This document shows positions 19,770-29,362 of a DNA stretch of 64,000 nucleotides, in pieces; within the stretch, counting starts at the first letter, position 1, and every line of letters starts with the position of its first letter. A program made the position numbers and the translations under genes. The notes beneath the pieces were generated by a model, which searched no databases, had not been told where the DNA came from, and worked only from the letters and a program-made list of their open reading frames with translations. Origin of the DNA: a bacterium UBP16_UBA6123 (GTDB lineage Bacteria > Muiribacteriota > UBA9980); assembly GCA_002423385.1 (NCBI GenBank), contig DIVV01000225.1, forward strand, positions 4,109-68,108. The letters run 5' to 3'.

Positions 19770-21665
19770 ATGGCTGAAAAAAATCTGTTTAAGCGGTTAT
19801 TTTCATTATTATCATTACCATCCTTTTATTTAATCCTGACGGTATTCATATTCGGTACTAATATCAATATTGCGTTCAGCGCGGCTTTTCCAGATGAAAT
19901 TATCGGCGCGATGATCAAAAACGATTTGAAAAAAATAACGGAGCTTCTTGAAAAAAATCCTCAGCTAATAAACCAAAAAGATAAATACGATAATAACCTT
20001 TTGCACGAATCTATAAAACGCCGTAAAAGCGAATTAGTCGATTATTTTATTAAAAAAGGCCTCGATATTAACGCTAAAAATAAAAACGGCTTTACGCCGC
20101 TCGCGCTTTGCATCGAAAATTATGATATGAAAATATTTATGAGTTTAATTAATGCCGGCTGCGAAGTTAATTCGACGGAAAAATTATTCAACTGGAGCCC
20201 TCTGCACATGGCCGTAATGAACGAATATAAAGACGCGGCCGAAGTTATAATAAATAAAAAAGCCGATATAGAAGCCGCCGACAGATACGGCAAAACGCCG
20301 TTTCATTATGCTAAATCAATAGATATGGCCGAATTTTTAATTTCTAAAGGCGCCAATATAAATTCCGCCGCTAAAAATGGCGATACTCTTATCCATAGCG
20401 CCGCTTCATCGAATAATACGGCTATGGTCCAATTTTTCTTAGATAAAGGATTCGATAAAGATAAGAAAAATAACGAAGGCGAAACCCCTTTATTCGAAGC
20501 CGTGCTTCATAAAGCCCTTAAAGCCGCCGAATTATTGATTGGCAAAGGCGCCAACGTAAATGAACGCACAACTGACGACGGATATATACTGCCGCTTGCG
20601 GTAAGCTCGGATAATACCGGCGCCGTTTCACTGCTGCTTGAAAGCGGAGCTAATATTAACGTTAAAGATAGATTTAAAAACTCGCTTCTGCATCTATGCA
20701 AATCAGTTGAAATAGCTGAATTGATTATTGAAAAAGGCGCCAACGTCAACGAACGCGACGATATGGGATATGCGCCACTTCATGAGGCCGGAAATATTGA
20801 ATTATGCAATTTTTTAATTTCTAAAGGCGCGGACATCAACGCGCAGAACGCACAGGGCGAAACGCCTCTGATGCACGCCGCTAAAAAGGGCGATATTGAT
20901 AAAGTCAACCTGCTTATATCTAAGAAAGCCGATATTAACTTGAAATCAGCCAGCGGAGAATGCGCGATTCACTTCGCCGTAAGAGGATTCAACGAAGAAA
21001 AAATCGAAAATTATAAATTAGTAATAAACGCGCTGATATCAAAAGGCGCGGACATCAACGCTAAAGCCAATTTTGGCGATACCCCGATTTTTTCGGCTTT
21101 CCAGCCCGCACTTATCGAGTACGCCATCGCTAAAGGCGCTGATATAAAAGCTGTCGATAATTTCGGCCGCTGCGCGCTCCATAAGGCAATGAACACGGGC
21201 GCGGCTAAATCATTAATTGAAAAAGGCGCCGATATCGAAGCTAAAGACGTCAACGGCGCCACGCCGCTATGTAATGCGGCCGCTTTCGATAAAGAATTGA
21301 CTGAATTTTTAATTTCTAAAGGCGCTAAAATCGACGCTAAAGGGTACGCCGCGCGTAATATAAGAAGAGGTTCTATGGAACATCTCTGGCAGGCGCCTCT
21401 TTTGATGGCCGTTTATTACCGTAAAGCCGATATAGTCGAATTTTTAATTTCTAAAGGCGCCGATATAGAAATAACCGGCGACGATGGAAAAACAGCCCTG
21501 CACTTAGCCGCTATGGACGGCTCGATTAATATAATTAATTTATTAATTAAAAACGGCGTTAAAATTAACGTTTCAGACCGCTATTCCAATACCCCCCTAA
21601 AACTGGCGCTTGAAAACGATAAATTAAAAGCCGCTGAAATACTAAGAAAATACGGCTCGCTTTAA
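19770..21665 (+). CDS. ankyrin repeat protein with an N-terminal signal peptide or TM anchor
   Basis: 631-aa ORF with about 17 ANK repeats (recurring G.TPLH.A......E....LI.KGADINA). Hydrophobic N-terminus LFSLLSLPSFYLILTVFIFGTNINIAFSA. Confidence 0.9.
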   Translation: MAEKNLFKRLFSLLSLPSFYLILTVFIFGTNINIAFSAAFPDEIIGAMIKNDLKKITELLEKNPQLINQKDKYDNNLLHESIKRRKSELVDYFIKKGLDINAKNKNGFTPLALCIENYDMKIFMSLINAGCEVNSTEKLFNWSPLHMAVMNEYKDAAEVIINKKADIEAADRYGKTPFHYAKSIDMAEFLISKGANINSAAKNGDTLIHSAASSNNTAMVQFFLDKGFDKDKKNNEGETPLFEAVLHKALKAAELLIGKGANVNERTTDDGYILPLAVSSDNTGAVSLLLESGANINVKDRFKNSLLHLCKSVEIAELIIEKGANVNERDDMGYAPLHEAGNIELCNFLISKGADINAQNAQGETPLMHAAKKGDIDKVNLLISKKADINLKSASGECAIHFAVRGFNEEKIENYKLVINALISKGADINAKANFGDTPIFSAFQPALIEYAIAKGADIKAVDNFGRCALHKAMNTGAAKSLIEKGADIEAKDVNGATPLCNAAAFDKELTEFLISKGAKIDAKGYAARNIRRGSMEHLWQAPLLMAVYYRKADIVEFLISKGADIEITGDDGKTALHLAAMDGSINIINLLIKNGVKINVSDRYSNTPLKLALENDKLKAAEILRKYGSL

Positions 21666-21711
21666 TACGACCGCAATTAAAATATCCGCTTTAAGTGAAA
21701 TAACTGATAAT

Positions 21712-21768
21712 ATATAATTTAATCATGATTTAATATAATTTAACATAATTTAATATAATTTAATTTTC
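21712..21768. repeat. five phased 10-11-bp A/T tandem units (ATAATTTAAY) upstream of the second RND pump
   Basis: TATAATTTAAT CATGATTTAAT ATAATTTAAC ATAATTTAAT ATAATTTAAT, ending 8 nt before the RBS AAGGAG. Confidence 0.7.
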
Positions 21769-21779
21769 AAGGAGTTACT

Positions 21780-24700
21780 ATGTATTTAGCTGAAGTAAGT
21801 GTAAACAGACCCGTGTTTACGACAATGATCATTTCGGCGCTCGTGGTATTCGGATTGATCTGCTATACCATGATAGGCGTCGATCTATTTCCAAACGTCG
21901 ATTTTCCCTATGTTACGGTGACTACAGTATTAAAAGGCGGTTCGCCTGAAACCATGGAATTGAAAGTTACCGACAAAATCGAAGAGGCAGTCAACAGTAT
22001 AAGCGGCATCAAAGAACTGCGCTCGATATCACTCGAAAATATCAGCCAGGTAGTAATCCAGTTCGAACTCGAAAAAAACGTGGATATCGCTGCACAGGAA
22101 GTGCGCGACAAAGTCGCCGGCGTTAAAAGCAATCTTCCACTCGAAGCTGAAACGCCGGTTGTCGAAAAACTCGACCTCGGCGCAAAACCGATTATGTCAA
22201 TGGTGCTCGCCTCCGATAAAGGAATAAAAGAAACCACCCGCTATGCAAAAGATGTAGTAAAAGAAGCTATTCAAAAAGTCAACGGCGTCGGCACCGTTAA
22301 AATAATAGGCGGCCTCGAGCGTCAGATCCGCATATGGCTTCACAACGAAAAAATGGTGCGCCACGATATTACCGTCAGCGAAGCGGCGCGCGCGCTTCAA
22401 ACTGAAAACGTTGAAATCCCCGGCGGCAGTCTTGAAACCGGTCAGCGCGACGTAGTCGTTAAAGTAAAAGGCGAAGTCGAAAAACTCGAAGACTTTAAAA
22501 ATATAAATGTTGCTATGAAAAACGGATACGCCGTAAAACTCGGCGATATAGCCACTATCGAAGACGGCGTCGAAGACCGTAAAAGTTTCGCGCGTTTGAA
22601 CGGAAGCCACGCTGTAGCAATCCAGGTATCAAAACAAAGCGGCACTAATACAGTTAAAGTGGCTGAATCGGTTAAAAAAATAATCGATGAATTACGGGCG
22701 AATTTAGCATCCGGTATGGAACTTAAAATAATAACCGACCAGTCTAAATTTATTAAAGTATCTATCGAAGAAGTATTTTTTCATCTGATTTTCGGCGGCG
22801 GTCTCGCAATTTTTATAGTATTCGTCTTTTTAAGAAATTTTAAAACCACGCTCATATCTGCTATGGCTATTCCTACTTCGGTAATATCGACCTTCGCTTT
22901 TATGAAATATATGAATTTCACCTTCAATAACCTTACCATGCTCGCGCTTTCGATATCAATCGGTATGCTTATAGACGATGCTATCGTCGTTTTAGAAAAC
23001 ATATACCGCCACCAGGCTGAAGAAGGCAAAAGCCCCAGAGAAGCCGCGCTCAGCGGCACCGGTGAAATAGGCCTCGCGGTTCTTGCGACCACTTTTTCAA
23101 TAGTGGCGGTCTTCGTTCCGGTCGCTTTTATGAAAGGCATGATCGGCAAATTTTTCTTCGAATTCGGAATGACGGTTACATTCGCCGTGTTAGTATCGCT
23201 TTTTATATCCTTCACGCTTACGCCGATGCTTTGCTCGCGTTTTATGACGGTACATAAAGAACACGGCAGGATTTACAATTTTTTCGAAAAAATATTCATT
23301 TACATAGACGAATTTTACGTATGGATTTTAAGAAAAAGTCTTAACGCCCGGATGGTGATCGTAATTTTAAGCGTTTTATTTCTATATTCGAGCCTGATCC
23401 TTGCAAAACATATTAAATCAGAATTCAAGCCCGAAGAAGATAAAGACCAGTTCAATATTTCGGTTGAAGCGCCCACCGGTTCTTCTATCGATTACACTTC
23501 TCAAATAGTTAAAAAAATCGAAGATATTCTCTTAGAAGATAAAAAATATATTAAAAACGTATTTATGACCATCGGTTCCGACGCACAGGAAAAAGCCAAC
23601 CTCGCAAGTGTTTTCGTCGAATTGATACCTAAAGTCGAAAGGCGTGAAAAAAACCAGAAGGCGCTTATGATAGAATACCGCGATAAATTTAAAAATTTCA
23701 AGGAAGCATCGATTGCTATCGAGGAAACCTCTGATTTTTCGACGGGCGGCAGAAATTCGGCTTTTCAGTTAGTTTTACAGGGACCTGATCTTGAAAAGCT
23801 CAACGTTTATTGTGAAAATCTAATAGAAAAAATGAAGGCTAAAGGGTATTTCGTCGATATCGACACCACTTATAAAACTGGCAAACCGGAACTCGACGTT
23901 TATATCGACCGCAACCGCGCCTCGCAGCTTTTCGTTCCAATAGCTTCTATCGCCTCCGCCGTCAGAACGCTCGTCGCCGGCGAAAAAATATCTAAATTCA
24001 AAGACGGCGGCAATCAATACGACGTTAATTTAAGGCTGGCGCTCAGCGAACGAAACGACTTGAAAAGCATCGACAACTTTTACATTCGCTCACTTTCAGG
24101 CCAGGCAATCGATTTTAGAAATCTGATCAGCGCGCGCGAAAGTTCCGGTCCCACTCAGATCGACCGATTGAACAGGCAAAGGCAGATAACAATATACGCT
24201 AATCTCGAAAATTACCCGCTCGGCGAAGCAGTTTCAGAAGTGCAAAAAATAGCCGAAAACATTAAAATGCCTCCCGAATATCACTTTAAATTCGCCGGAT
24301 CCGCCGATATTATGAAAGAATCTTTTGAAAGCATATTCTTCGCGATATTCCTCGCGATAATTTTAGTTTATATGATCCTCGCCTCGCAGTTTGAAAGTTT
24401 CATACATCCATTCACTATAATGCTTTCTCTGCCGCTTTCGGTAGTCGGCGCTCTGGGCGGCCTTCTGATAGCAAACGCGTATCTGAGCATATTCAGCCTC
24501 ATAGGTATTATAATGCTGATGGGCCTGGTCACTAAAAACGCCATATTGCTTATCGATTACGTTATTACGCTCAGGACAGAAGGAATTTCACGCTTCGACG
24601 CTTTAATCAAAGCCGGGCCGACGAGGCTGCGGCCTATTTTAATGACTACGCTCGCTATGATATTCGGTATGCTGCCCATCGCCCTGGCAACCGGACCGGG

Positions 24701-24848
24701 CGCAGAAACAAGAAGCCCGATGGCGGTTTGTGTTATAGGCGGCCTTATAACCTCTACGCTTTTAACGCTTATAGTCATACCCGTTGTTTATACGCTTTTA
24801 GATGATTTAATTAATTATTTTTCAGGCGGTAAAACCGTAAAACAATAA
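21780..24848 (+). CDS. RND efflux permease (AcrB family), second paralog
   Basis: 1022-aa ORF with 12-TM RND architecture and IDDAIVVLENIYRH and KNAILLIDY blocks. Confidence 0.93.
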   Translation: MYLAEVSVNRPVFTTMIISALVVFGLICYTMIGVDLFPNVDFPYVTVTTVLKGGSPETMELKVTDKIEEAVNSISGIKELRSISLENISQVVIQFELEKNVDIAAQEVRDKVAGVKSNLPLEAETPVVEKLDLGAKPIMSMVLASDKGIKETTRYAKDVVKEAIQKVNGVGTVKIIGGLERQIRIWLHNEKMVRHDITVSEAARALQTENVEIPGGSLETGQRDVVVKVKGEVEKLEDFKNINVAMKNGYAVKLGDIATIEDGVEDRKSFARLNGSHAVAIQVSKQSGTNTVKVAESVKKIIDELRANLASGMELKIITDQSKFIKVSIEEVFFHLIFGGGLAIFIVFVFLRNFKTTLISAMAIPTSVISTFAFMKYMNFTFNNLTMLALSISIGMLIDDAIVVLENIYRHQAEEGKSPREAALSGTGEIGLAVLATTFSIVAVFVPVAFMKGMIGKFFFEFGMTVTFAVLVSLFISFTLTPMLCSRFMTVHKEHGRIYNFFEKIFIYIDEFYVWILRKSLNARMVIVILSVLFLYSSLILAKHIKSEFKPEEDKDQFNISVEAPTGSSIDYTSQIVKKIEDILLEDKKYIKNVFMTIGSDAQEKANLASVFVELIPKVERREKNQKALMIEYRDKFKNFKEASIAIEETSDFSTGGRNSAFQLVLQGPDLEKLNVYCENLIEKMKAKGYFVDIDTTYKTGKPELDVYIDRNRASQLFVPIASIASAVRTLVAGEKISKFKDGGNQYDVNLRLALSERNDLKSIDNFYIRSLSGQAIDFRNLISARESSGPTQIDRLNRQRQITIYANLENYPLGEAVSEVQKIAENIKMPPEYHFKFAGSADIMKESFESIFFAIFLAIILVYMILASQFESFIHPFTIMLSLPLSVVGALGGLLIANAYLSIFSLIGIIMLMGLVTKNAILLIDYVITLRTEGISRFDALIKAGPTRLRPILMTTLAMIFGMLPIALATGPGAETRSPMAVCVIGGLITSTLLTLIVIPVVYTLLDDLINYFSGGKTVKQ

Positions 24849-24925
24849 TAACAGCAATAACAAAATATGCAAATAACTTAAAACAAAAATAATAGAAGAT
24901 AAAATAAAATAAAGGAGTTTTATAA

Positions 24926-25753
24926 ATGAATCTTATTAAAAAAATAATATTTTCAGTAATTTTATTAACTCAAATAATTCCCGCGCAATACGCGGCCGCG
25001 CAAAATATGGCTGAATTAAACAAAGCGCAGGCTTCAACCGGCGAAAACGAAATAATAGTCTTCGGTTCTTCAGCGCCTTATAGAACCGTCAGCATATCCG
25101 CCAAGGTGGGCGGTAACGTCGAGTATATGCCGTTCGCCGAAGGCGATTATATTAAATCAGGCGAAGTAGTTCTACGCGTCGAAAAAACCGATTACGAACT
25201 ACAGGCCGCGCTCGCTGATACTCAGATCGAACGCGCTAAAATAGCTCTGGAACAAGCCGGTTCTGATTATAAAAGGCTCGAAGAGCTTTTTAAAAGCAAT
25301 TCAGCCTCGGTCCAGGCTAAAGATAACGCTTTTTACGCTAAATTATCGGCCCAGGCAAACCTTAATTCCGCCATCGCTAATCATAAAATAGCTGAAAACA
25401 TGCTCAATAACACTGAAATTACCGCGCCTATGAACGGTTTTGTATCGGTTAAACACCGTGAACCGGGCGATTTTGCCGATAAAGCCAAACCGGTTTACGA
25501 TATAGTCGATCTCGATCTTATAAAAGCTAATCTTAAAGTCCCCGAACTGCTGATATCTAAAATAAAAAAAGGCGATAAGATCGATATAAGCGTTGACGCA
25601 TATCCCGGTGAAACTTTTAAAGGCGAAATTTATGAGATCAACCCGATAGGCGATCAGCTTACTCACTTTTTTAAAGTAAACGCCATTATTCAAAATACAG
25701 ACCATAAATTAAAAGCCGGAATGTTTTTAAAAGCGGTAATTAAAACTAACTAA
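24926..25753 (+). CDS. efflux RND transporter periplasmic adaptor subunit (short MFP)
   Basis: 275-aa ORF with a signal peptide, a lipoyl-like hairpin (IKSGEVVLRVE), a coiled-coil and a beta-barrel (ITAPMNGFVS). Lies downstream of the RND pump. Confidence 0.85.
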   Translation: MNLIKKIIFSVILLTQIIPAQYAAAQNMAELNKAQASTGENEIIVFGSSAPYRTVSISAKVGGNVEYMPFAEGDYIKSGEVVLRVEKTDYELQAALADTQIERAKIALEQAGSDYKRLEELFKSNSASVQAKDNAFYAKLSAQANLNSAIANHKIAENMLNNTEITAPMNGFVSVKHREPGDFADKAKPVYDIVDLDLIKANLKVPELLISKIKKGDKIDISVDAYPGETFKGEIYEINPIGDQLTHFFKVNAIIQNTDHKLKAGMFLKAVIKTN

Positions 25754-26505
25754 TGACAATTTCAGACAATAAAAGATTAATAAATATAATAATTTTAATA
25801 ATCGCGCTTTATATGGCTAATACCTTTTTCGAAATGAAAAAATTCGACGCGGGTTATTTGTTAACGCAGGTTTTAGTAATAGCCTTAGGCGTACTGGCTA
25901 TAGTAGTTCACGAAGTATCTCACGGCCTGATGGCTTTTACTCTCGGCGATAACACCGCCCGCGACGCTGGCCGCCTTTCTTTGAACCCGCTCAAGCATTT
26001 CGATCCGATAGGCGTTCTGGCGATGATTATGGTTCATATAGGCTGGGCAAAACCGGTTCCCGTCGATTACACCGCTTTTAAAAAACCCCGGCGTGACATA
26101 ACCTTAGTCGCGCTCGCGGGCCCGCTTTCAAATTTAACGCTCGCGCTGATATTTTCGGTTATTGTCAGATATATAATTAAATTCTCCGAAATCAATATGT
26201 TTTCAAATACCGAAGATAGCGCAGTAATCTTCATTCTAATTATAATCAAATCGCTCATAATTGGCGGAATACACATAAACCTGATATTAATGTGCTTTAA
26301 CCTGCTGCCTATTCCGCCTCTCGACGGCTCAAAGGTTTTAATGTGCATTCTGCCCGATAAACTCGCGCGTAAATTCGCTTCGCTCGAAGCCTACGGGCTT
26401 TTTATAATACTGGCTCTCGTATATTTTAAAATGCTCGACCCTTTTGTTTTCGGGCCGGCCGAATTTATTTATAAATATATCCAAAGTTATATCTTAACAA
26501 GATAG
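25753..26505 (+). CDS. site-2 protease family (M50) membrane zinc metalloprotease
   Basis: 250-aa polytopic ORF with HExxH (VHEVSHGL) in a TM helix and a downstream NLLPIPPLDGSK motif. Its start overlaps the adaptor stop (TAATG). Confidence 0.75.
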   Translation: MTISDNKRLINIIILIIALYMANTFFEMKKFDAGYLLTQVLVIALGVLAIVVHEVSHGLMAFTLGDNTARDAGRLSLNPLKHFDPIGVLAMIMVHIGWAKPVPVDYTAFKKPRRDITLVALAGPLSNLTLALIFSVIVRYIIKFSEINMFSNTEDSAVIFILIIIKSLIIGGIHINLILMCFNLLPIPPLDGSKVLMCILPDKLARKFASLEAYGLFIILALVYFKMLDPFVFGPAEFIYKYIQSYILTR

Positions 26506-26520
26506 CTCGCTTTTTTTTAG

Positions 26521-26549
26521 TTGACAATTTCCATTAAAAATGATATAAA
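26521..26549 (+). promoter_or_regulatory. sigma70-like promoter (TTGACA, 17-nt spacer, TATAAA)
   Basis: TTGACA at 26521-26526 and TATAAA at 26544-26549, upstream of the cyclophilin gene (RBS GGAGG). Confidence 0.55.
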
Positions 26550-26588
26550 TTTAGTTAATCATCACAAAATTTATGGAGGTAATGATAA

Positions 26589-27179
26589 GTGAAAGTTTAC
26601 GGTATAATAGCGTTTATTTTAGTCTTTGCGATAGCTTCTTTTTATAAGATAAGCCCGGCGATAGCCGATGAAAAACAGGGCACCAGCGAAGTAATTATAG
26701 ACGATAAGGCGCTGCCGCAGGCAAAAATAACCACTAAATACGGCGATATGATAATAGAATTATTCGAAGACGAAACGCCTAACACCGTCGCTAATTTCGT
26801 AAGTCTCATCGAAAAAGGCTACTACGACGGTTTAAAATTCCACAGAGTAGTTCCCGATTTCGTTATTCAGGGCGGCGACCCCACCGGCAGCGGCTCGGGC
26901 GGCCCGGGCTACCGCATCAAATGCGAAGCCGAAACCAATAAAACCAAACACACCCGCGGCGTTCTTTCAATGGCTCACGCAGGCAAAGATACGGGCGGAA
27001 GCCAGTTCTTCATAACGCACCGCGCCACGCCTCACCTCGACGGCAAACATACGGTTTACGGCCGCGTAATATCGGGCGTTGAAATAGTAGATAAAGTCCA
27101 GCAGGGCGATGTTATGACTAAAGTAGTCATGCTCAAAAAAAGAAATCATAAATACGAACCCGCAAAATTATCCGAATAA
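26589..27179 (+). CDS. peptidyl-prolyl cis-trans isomerase, cyclophilin type, secreted
   Basis: 196-aa ORF with a GTG start and a signal peptide. [15 protein letters not shown] and [20 protein letters not shown] are cyclophilin signatures. Confidence 0.93.
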   Translation: MKVYGIIAFILVFAIASFYKISPAIADEKQGTSEVIIDDKALPQAKITTKYGDMIIELFEDETPNTVANFVSLIEKGYYDGLKFHRVVPDFVIQGGDPTGSGSGGPGYRIKCEAETNKTKHTRGVLSMAHAGKDTGGSQFFITHRATPHLDGKHTVYGRVISGVEIVDKVQQGDVMTKVVMLKKRNHKYEPAKLSE

Positions 27180-27304
27180 TTTTTCTTTACTTTATTGCTT
27201 TAAAATTTTGCAACGCTAAACTCCATAGCGGATAGTTAACTGGTTAATAAATAAGTTATAACAAATGCGATAAATATAATTATACCGGCAATAGAAGGTG
27301 AGTT

Positions 27305-28492
27305 TTGAATTCAAAATCGGCTTCCGTCAAAAAACAAAAAATATTAATAGTCGACGATGAAGAAGTATTTCGCAAACTGCTGCTTTCCAAGCTGAAAGAC
27401 GGTTACGAAGTCGAAATCGCCTTCGATGGAATCGAAGCGCTTGAAAAAGTAAAATATTTCAAGGCCGACCTTTTTCTGGTTGATCGTATGATGCCTAATA
27501 TGGACGGCGTTGAATTAATTAAAAATTTACGCCAGATTCCCGAATTTACGGGCACGCCTATAATAATGCTGACCGCGCGCGACCAGGTAAAAGATAAGGT
27601 GCAGGGCTTTGAAATCGGCGCCGACGATTACGTTACCAAGCCTTTTAATCTGCTCGAATTAACCTCGCGCATCGAATCTTTTTTAAAGAAAAGTAAAAAA
27701 AGTAAATACGTAAGCACGCTGCTTTCCACTCTGGGCAATGACGCCAGCGAAGCCGATATAGATCTTTTAGGCCATGATCTGAAAGCCGCATCGACCATTC
27801 AGCTCAATCTTATGCCTTCGTTGTTTCCCGCTAACGATAAATTCGATTTCGGCGCAAGAATGATACCGGCCAAGATTGTCGGCGGCGATTTTTACGATTT
27901 TATACCGATAGATAACGACAAAGTAGTCATCTGCCTGGGCGATGTATCCGGAAAAGGAATTACAGCCGCGCTTCTGATGATAATGATAAGAACTATCATC
28001 AGAGTGCTTCTTGCCGAAAAATTATCGCTCGTCGATATATGCCAGAGAATTAACGCGATGCTGATAAGAGATGTTGGCATGGGAAAATTCGTCACCATGT
28101 TTATAGGCATTCTAAATATGGAAACCGGATGCTTCGAATCATACGTTAACGCCGGTCATCTTCCGCCTTATATTATTAAAAAAGATATGAGCGTGACCTC
28201 ACTCGATACGACCGCTCCTTTTTTAGGGGCTTTCCCCGATATCGAAATCACCGGAGACAGCTATCGCTTCGATAAAGGCGATTTTCTGGCTATTTATACC
28301 GACGGAGTTACCGAATTAGAACAGGAATCTAACGTATTTTTCGGCGACGATAAATTTATCGAGCTTCTTAAAAGTTTATATAAATTATCACCTGAAGAAA
28401 TAATAGAAAAAACCGTCGAGGAGCTTAATTCGTTTTCCGCTAATAAAAGCGACGACGTAACGCTGGTTTTTGTCAAGCGTAATAACAAATGA
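27305..28492 (+). CDS. response regulator receiver fused to a PP2C/SpoIIE-type phosphatase (RsbU-like)
   Basis: 395-aa ORF with a TTG start. Receiver domain (ILIVDDE..., LFLVDRMMPNMDG, YVTKPF) is followed by PP2C motifs (VGGDFYDF, GDVSGKG, YTDGVTE). Confidence 0.88.
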   Translation: MNSKSASVKKQKILIVDDEEVFRKLLLSKLKDGYEVEIAFDGIEALEKVKYFKADLFLVDRMMPNMDGVELIKNLRQIPEFTGTPIIMLTARDQVKDKVQGFEIGADDYVTKPFNLLELTSRIESFLKKSKKSKYVSTLLSTLGNDASEADIDLLGHDLKAASTIQLNLMPSLFPANDKFDFGARMIPAKIVGGDFYDFIPIDNDKVVICLGDVSGKGITAALLMIMIRTIIRVLLAEKLSLVDICQRINAMLIRDVGMGKFVTMFIGILNMETGCFESYVNAGHLPPYIIKKDMSVTSLDTTAPFLGAFPDIEITGDSYRFDKGDFLAIYTDGVTELEQESNVFFGDDKFIELLKSLYKLSPEEIIEKTVEELNSFSANKSDDVTLVFVKRNNK

Positions 28493-28587
28493 CATGTAAC
28501 CGGCGTGCGTTTAAATTCTGCACCGCGCTCCGGTTAAAATAACGGATATTGTTAAAGCATCGATAAATAAAGGAGAATAACTTCACG

Positions 28588-28935
28588 ATGATAACCGCTA
28601 ACTTTGAAAACAAGGGTAACTACGGAATCATTTCGGTTGAAGGCGAAGTTAATATACTTAACAACAACGAATTTAAAAGTATTTTTAATGAGGCGTTTAC
28701 CGCGAACCAGTATAAAATTATCGTTAACTTCGCTAAAACAACTTATATAGATTCATCTGCTATTTCAGTCATTATCTCAGCCCGCAATACGATAGTATCT
28801 AAAAACGGACTGATTACATTCTGCTGCCTGCCGGTTACTATCGAAAAGGTATTTGGAATAATAGGCTTCAAGGGCGTCGTTAATTTCTTTAAAACTCCCG
28901 AAGAAGCAGTGACTTTTATAGAGTCCAAAAATTAA
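28588..28935 (+). CDS. STAS domain anti-sigma-factor antagonist (SpoIIAA/RsbV-like)
   Basis: 115-aa ORF with RBS AAAGGAG and a conserved phosphorylatable-serine context (TTYIDSSAISVI). Confidence 0.85.
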   Translation: MITANFENKGNYGIISVEGEVNILNNNEFKSIFNEAFTANQYKIIVNFAKTTYIDSSAISVIISARNTIVSKNGLITFCCLPVTIEKVFGIIGFKGVVNFFKTPEEAVTFIESKN

Positions 28936-29082
28936 AGAATTTTAAAACGAAGAGCGTATAACTAATAATTAAGAACTAATAATTAAGAATCAAGAATCAA
29001 GAATTTTCACAATTTCATAATATAGCGTACTTTTCAGCCTGCTATATTAAATATTTTTAATATTTGAAGGTAAGGTGTTTTT

Positions 29083-29265
29083 ATGTCGTCATCTCCATTA
29101 AATCCCATCTCTATTCCGTTCAGAAAAATCATCTGCAAATCCTGTCAAACCGTTGGTTCGACCGAAACCGGATTCAAAATATTCGATTCCGAAGTTAAAG
29201 ACCGCGCTCTTGCGGTTTGCGACTCATGCGGCGCGTCTAATCTGATCAAAAAAGAAAGAATTTAA
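29083..29265 (+). CDS. small zinc-ribbon protein
   Basis: 60-aa ORF with RBS AAGGTAAGGTG and two CxxC pairs (CKSC...CDSC). Confidence 0.45.
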   Translation: MSSSPLNPISIPFRKIICKSCQTVGSTETGFKIFDSEVKDRALAVCDSCGASNLIKKERI

Positions 29266-29292
29266 TATTTTTATTTGATATCCAGTATCAAA

Positions 29293-29335
29293 ATATCCAG
29301 GTATTTAGCATCTTAAATGTTTAATACCTGGATAT
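29293..29335. terminator. bidirectional hairpin between convergent genes
   Basis: Perfect 13-bp arms ATATCCAGGTATT / AATACCTGGATAT with a 17-nt loop, between the stops at 29265 (+) and 29363 (-). Confidence 0.5.
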
Positions 29336-29362
29336 TAGAAATTTGATTGAACGGTTAAATTT

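Noticed and set aside
28960-29001. Short tandem repeats (AACTAATAATTAAG x2, AATCAAG x2), considered as a mini CRISPR or satellite
   Set aside because: Only two copies of each, with no spacers, in an AT-rich intergenic region. Most likely simple slippage duplications.
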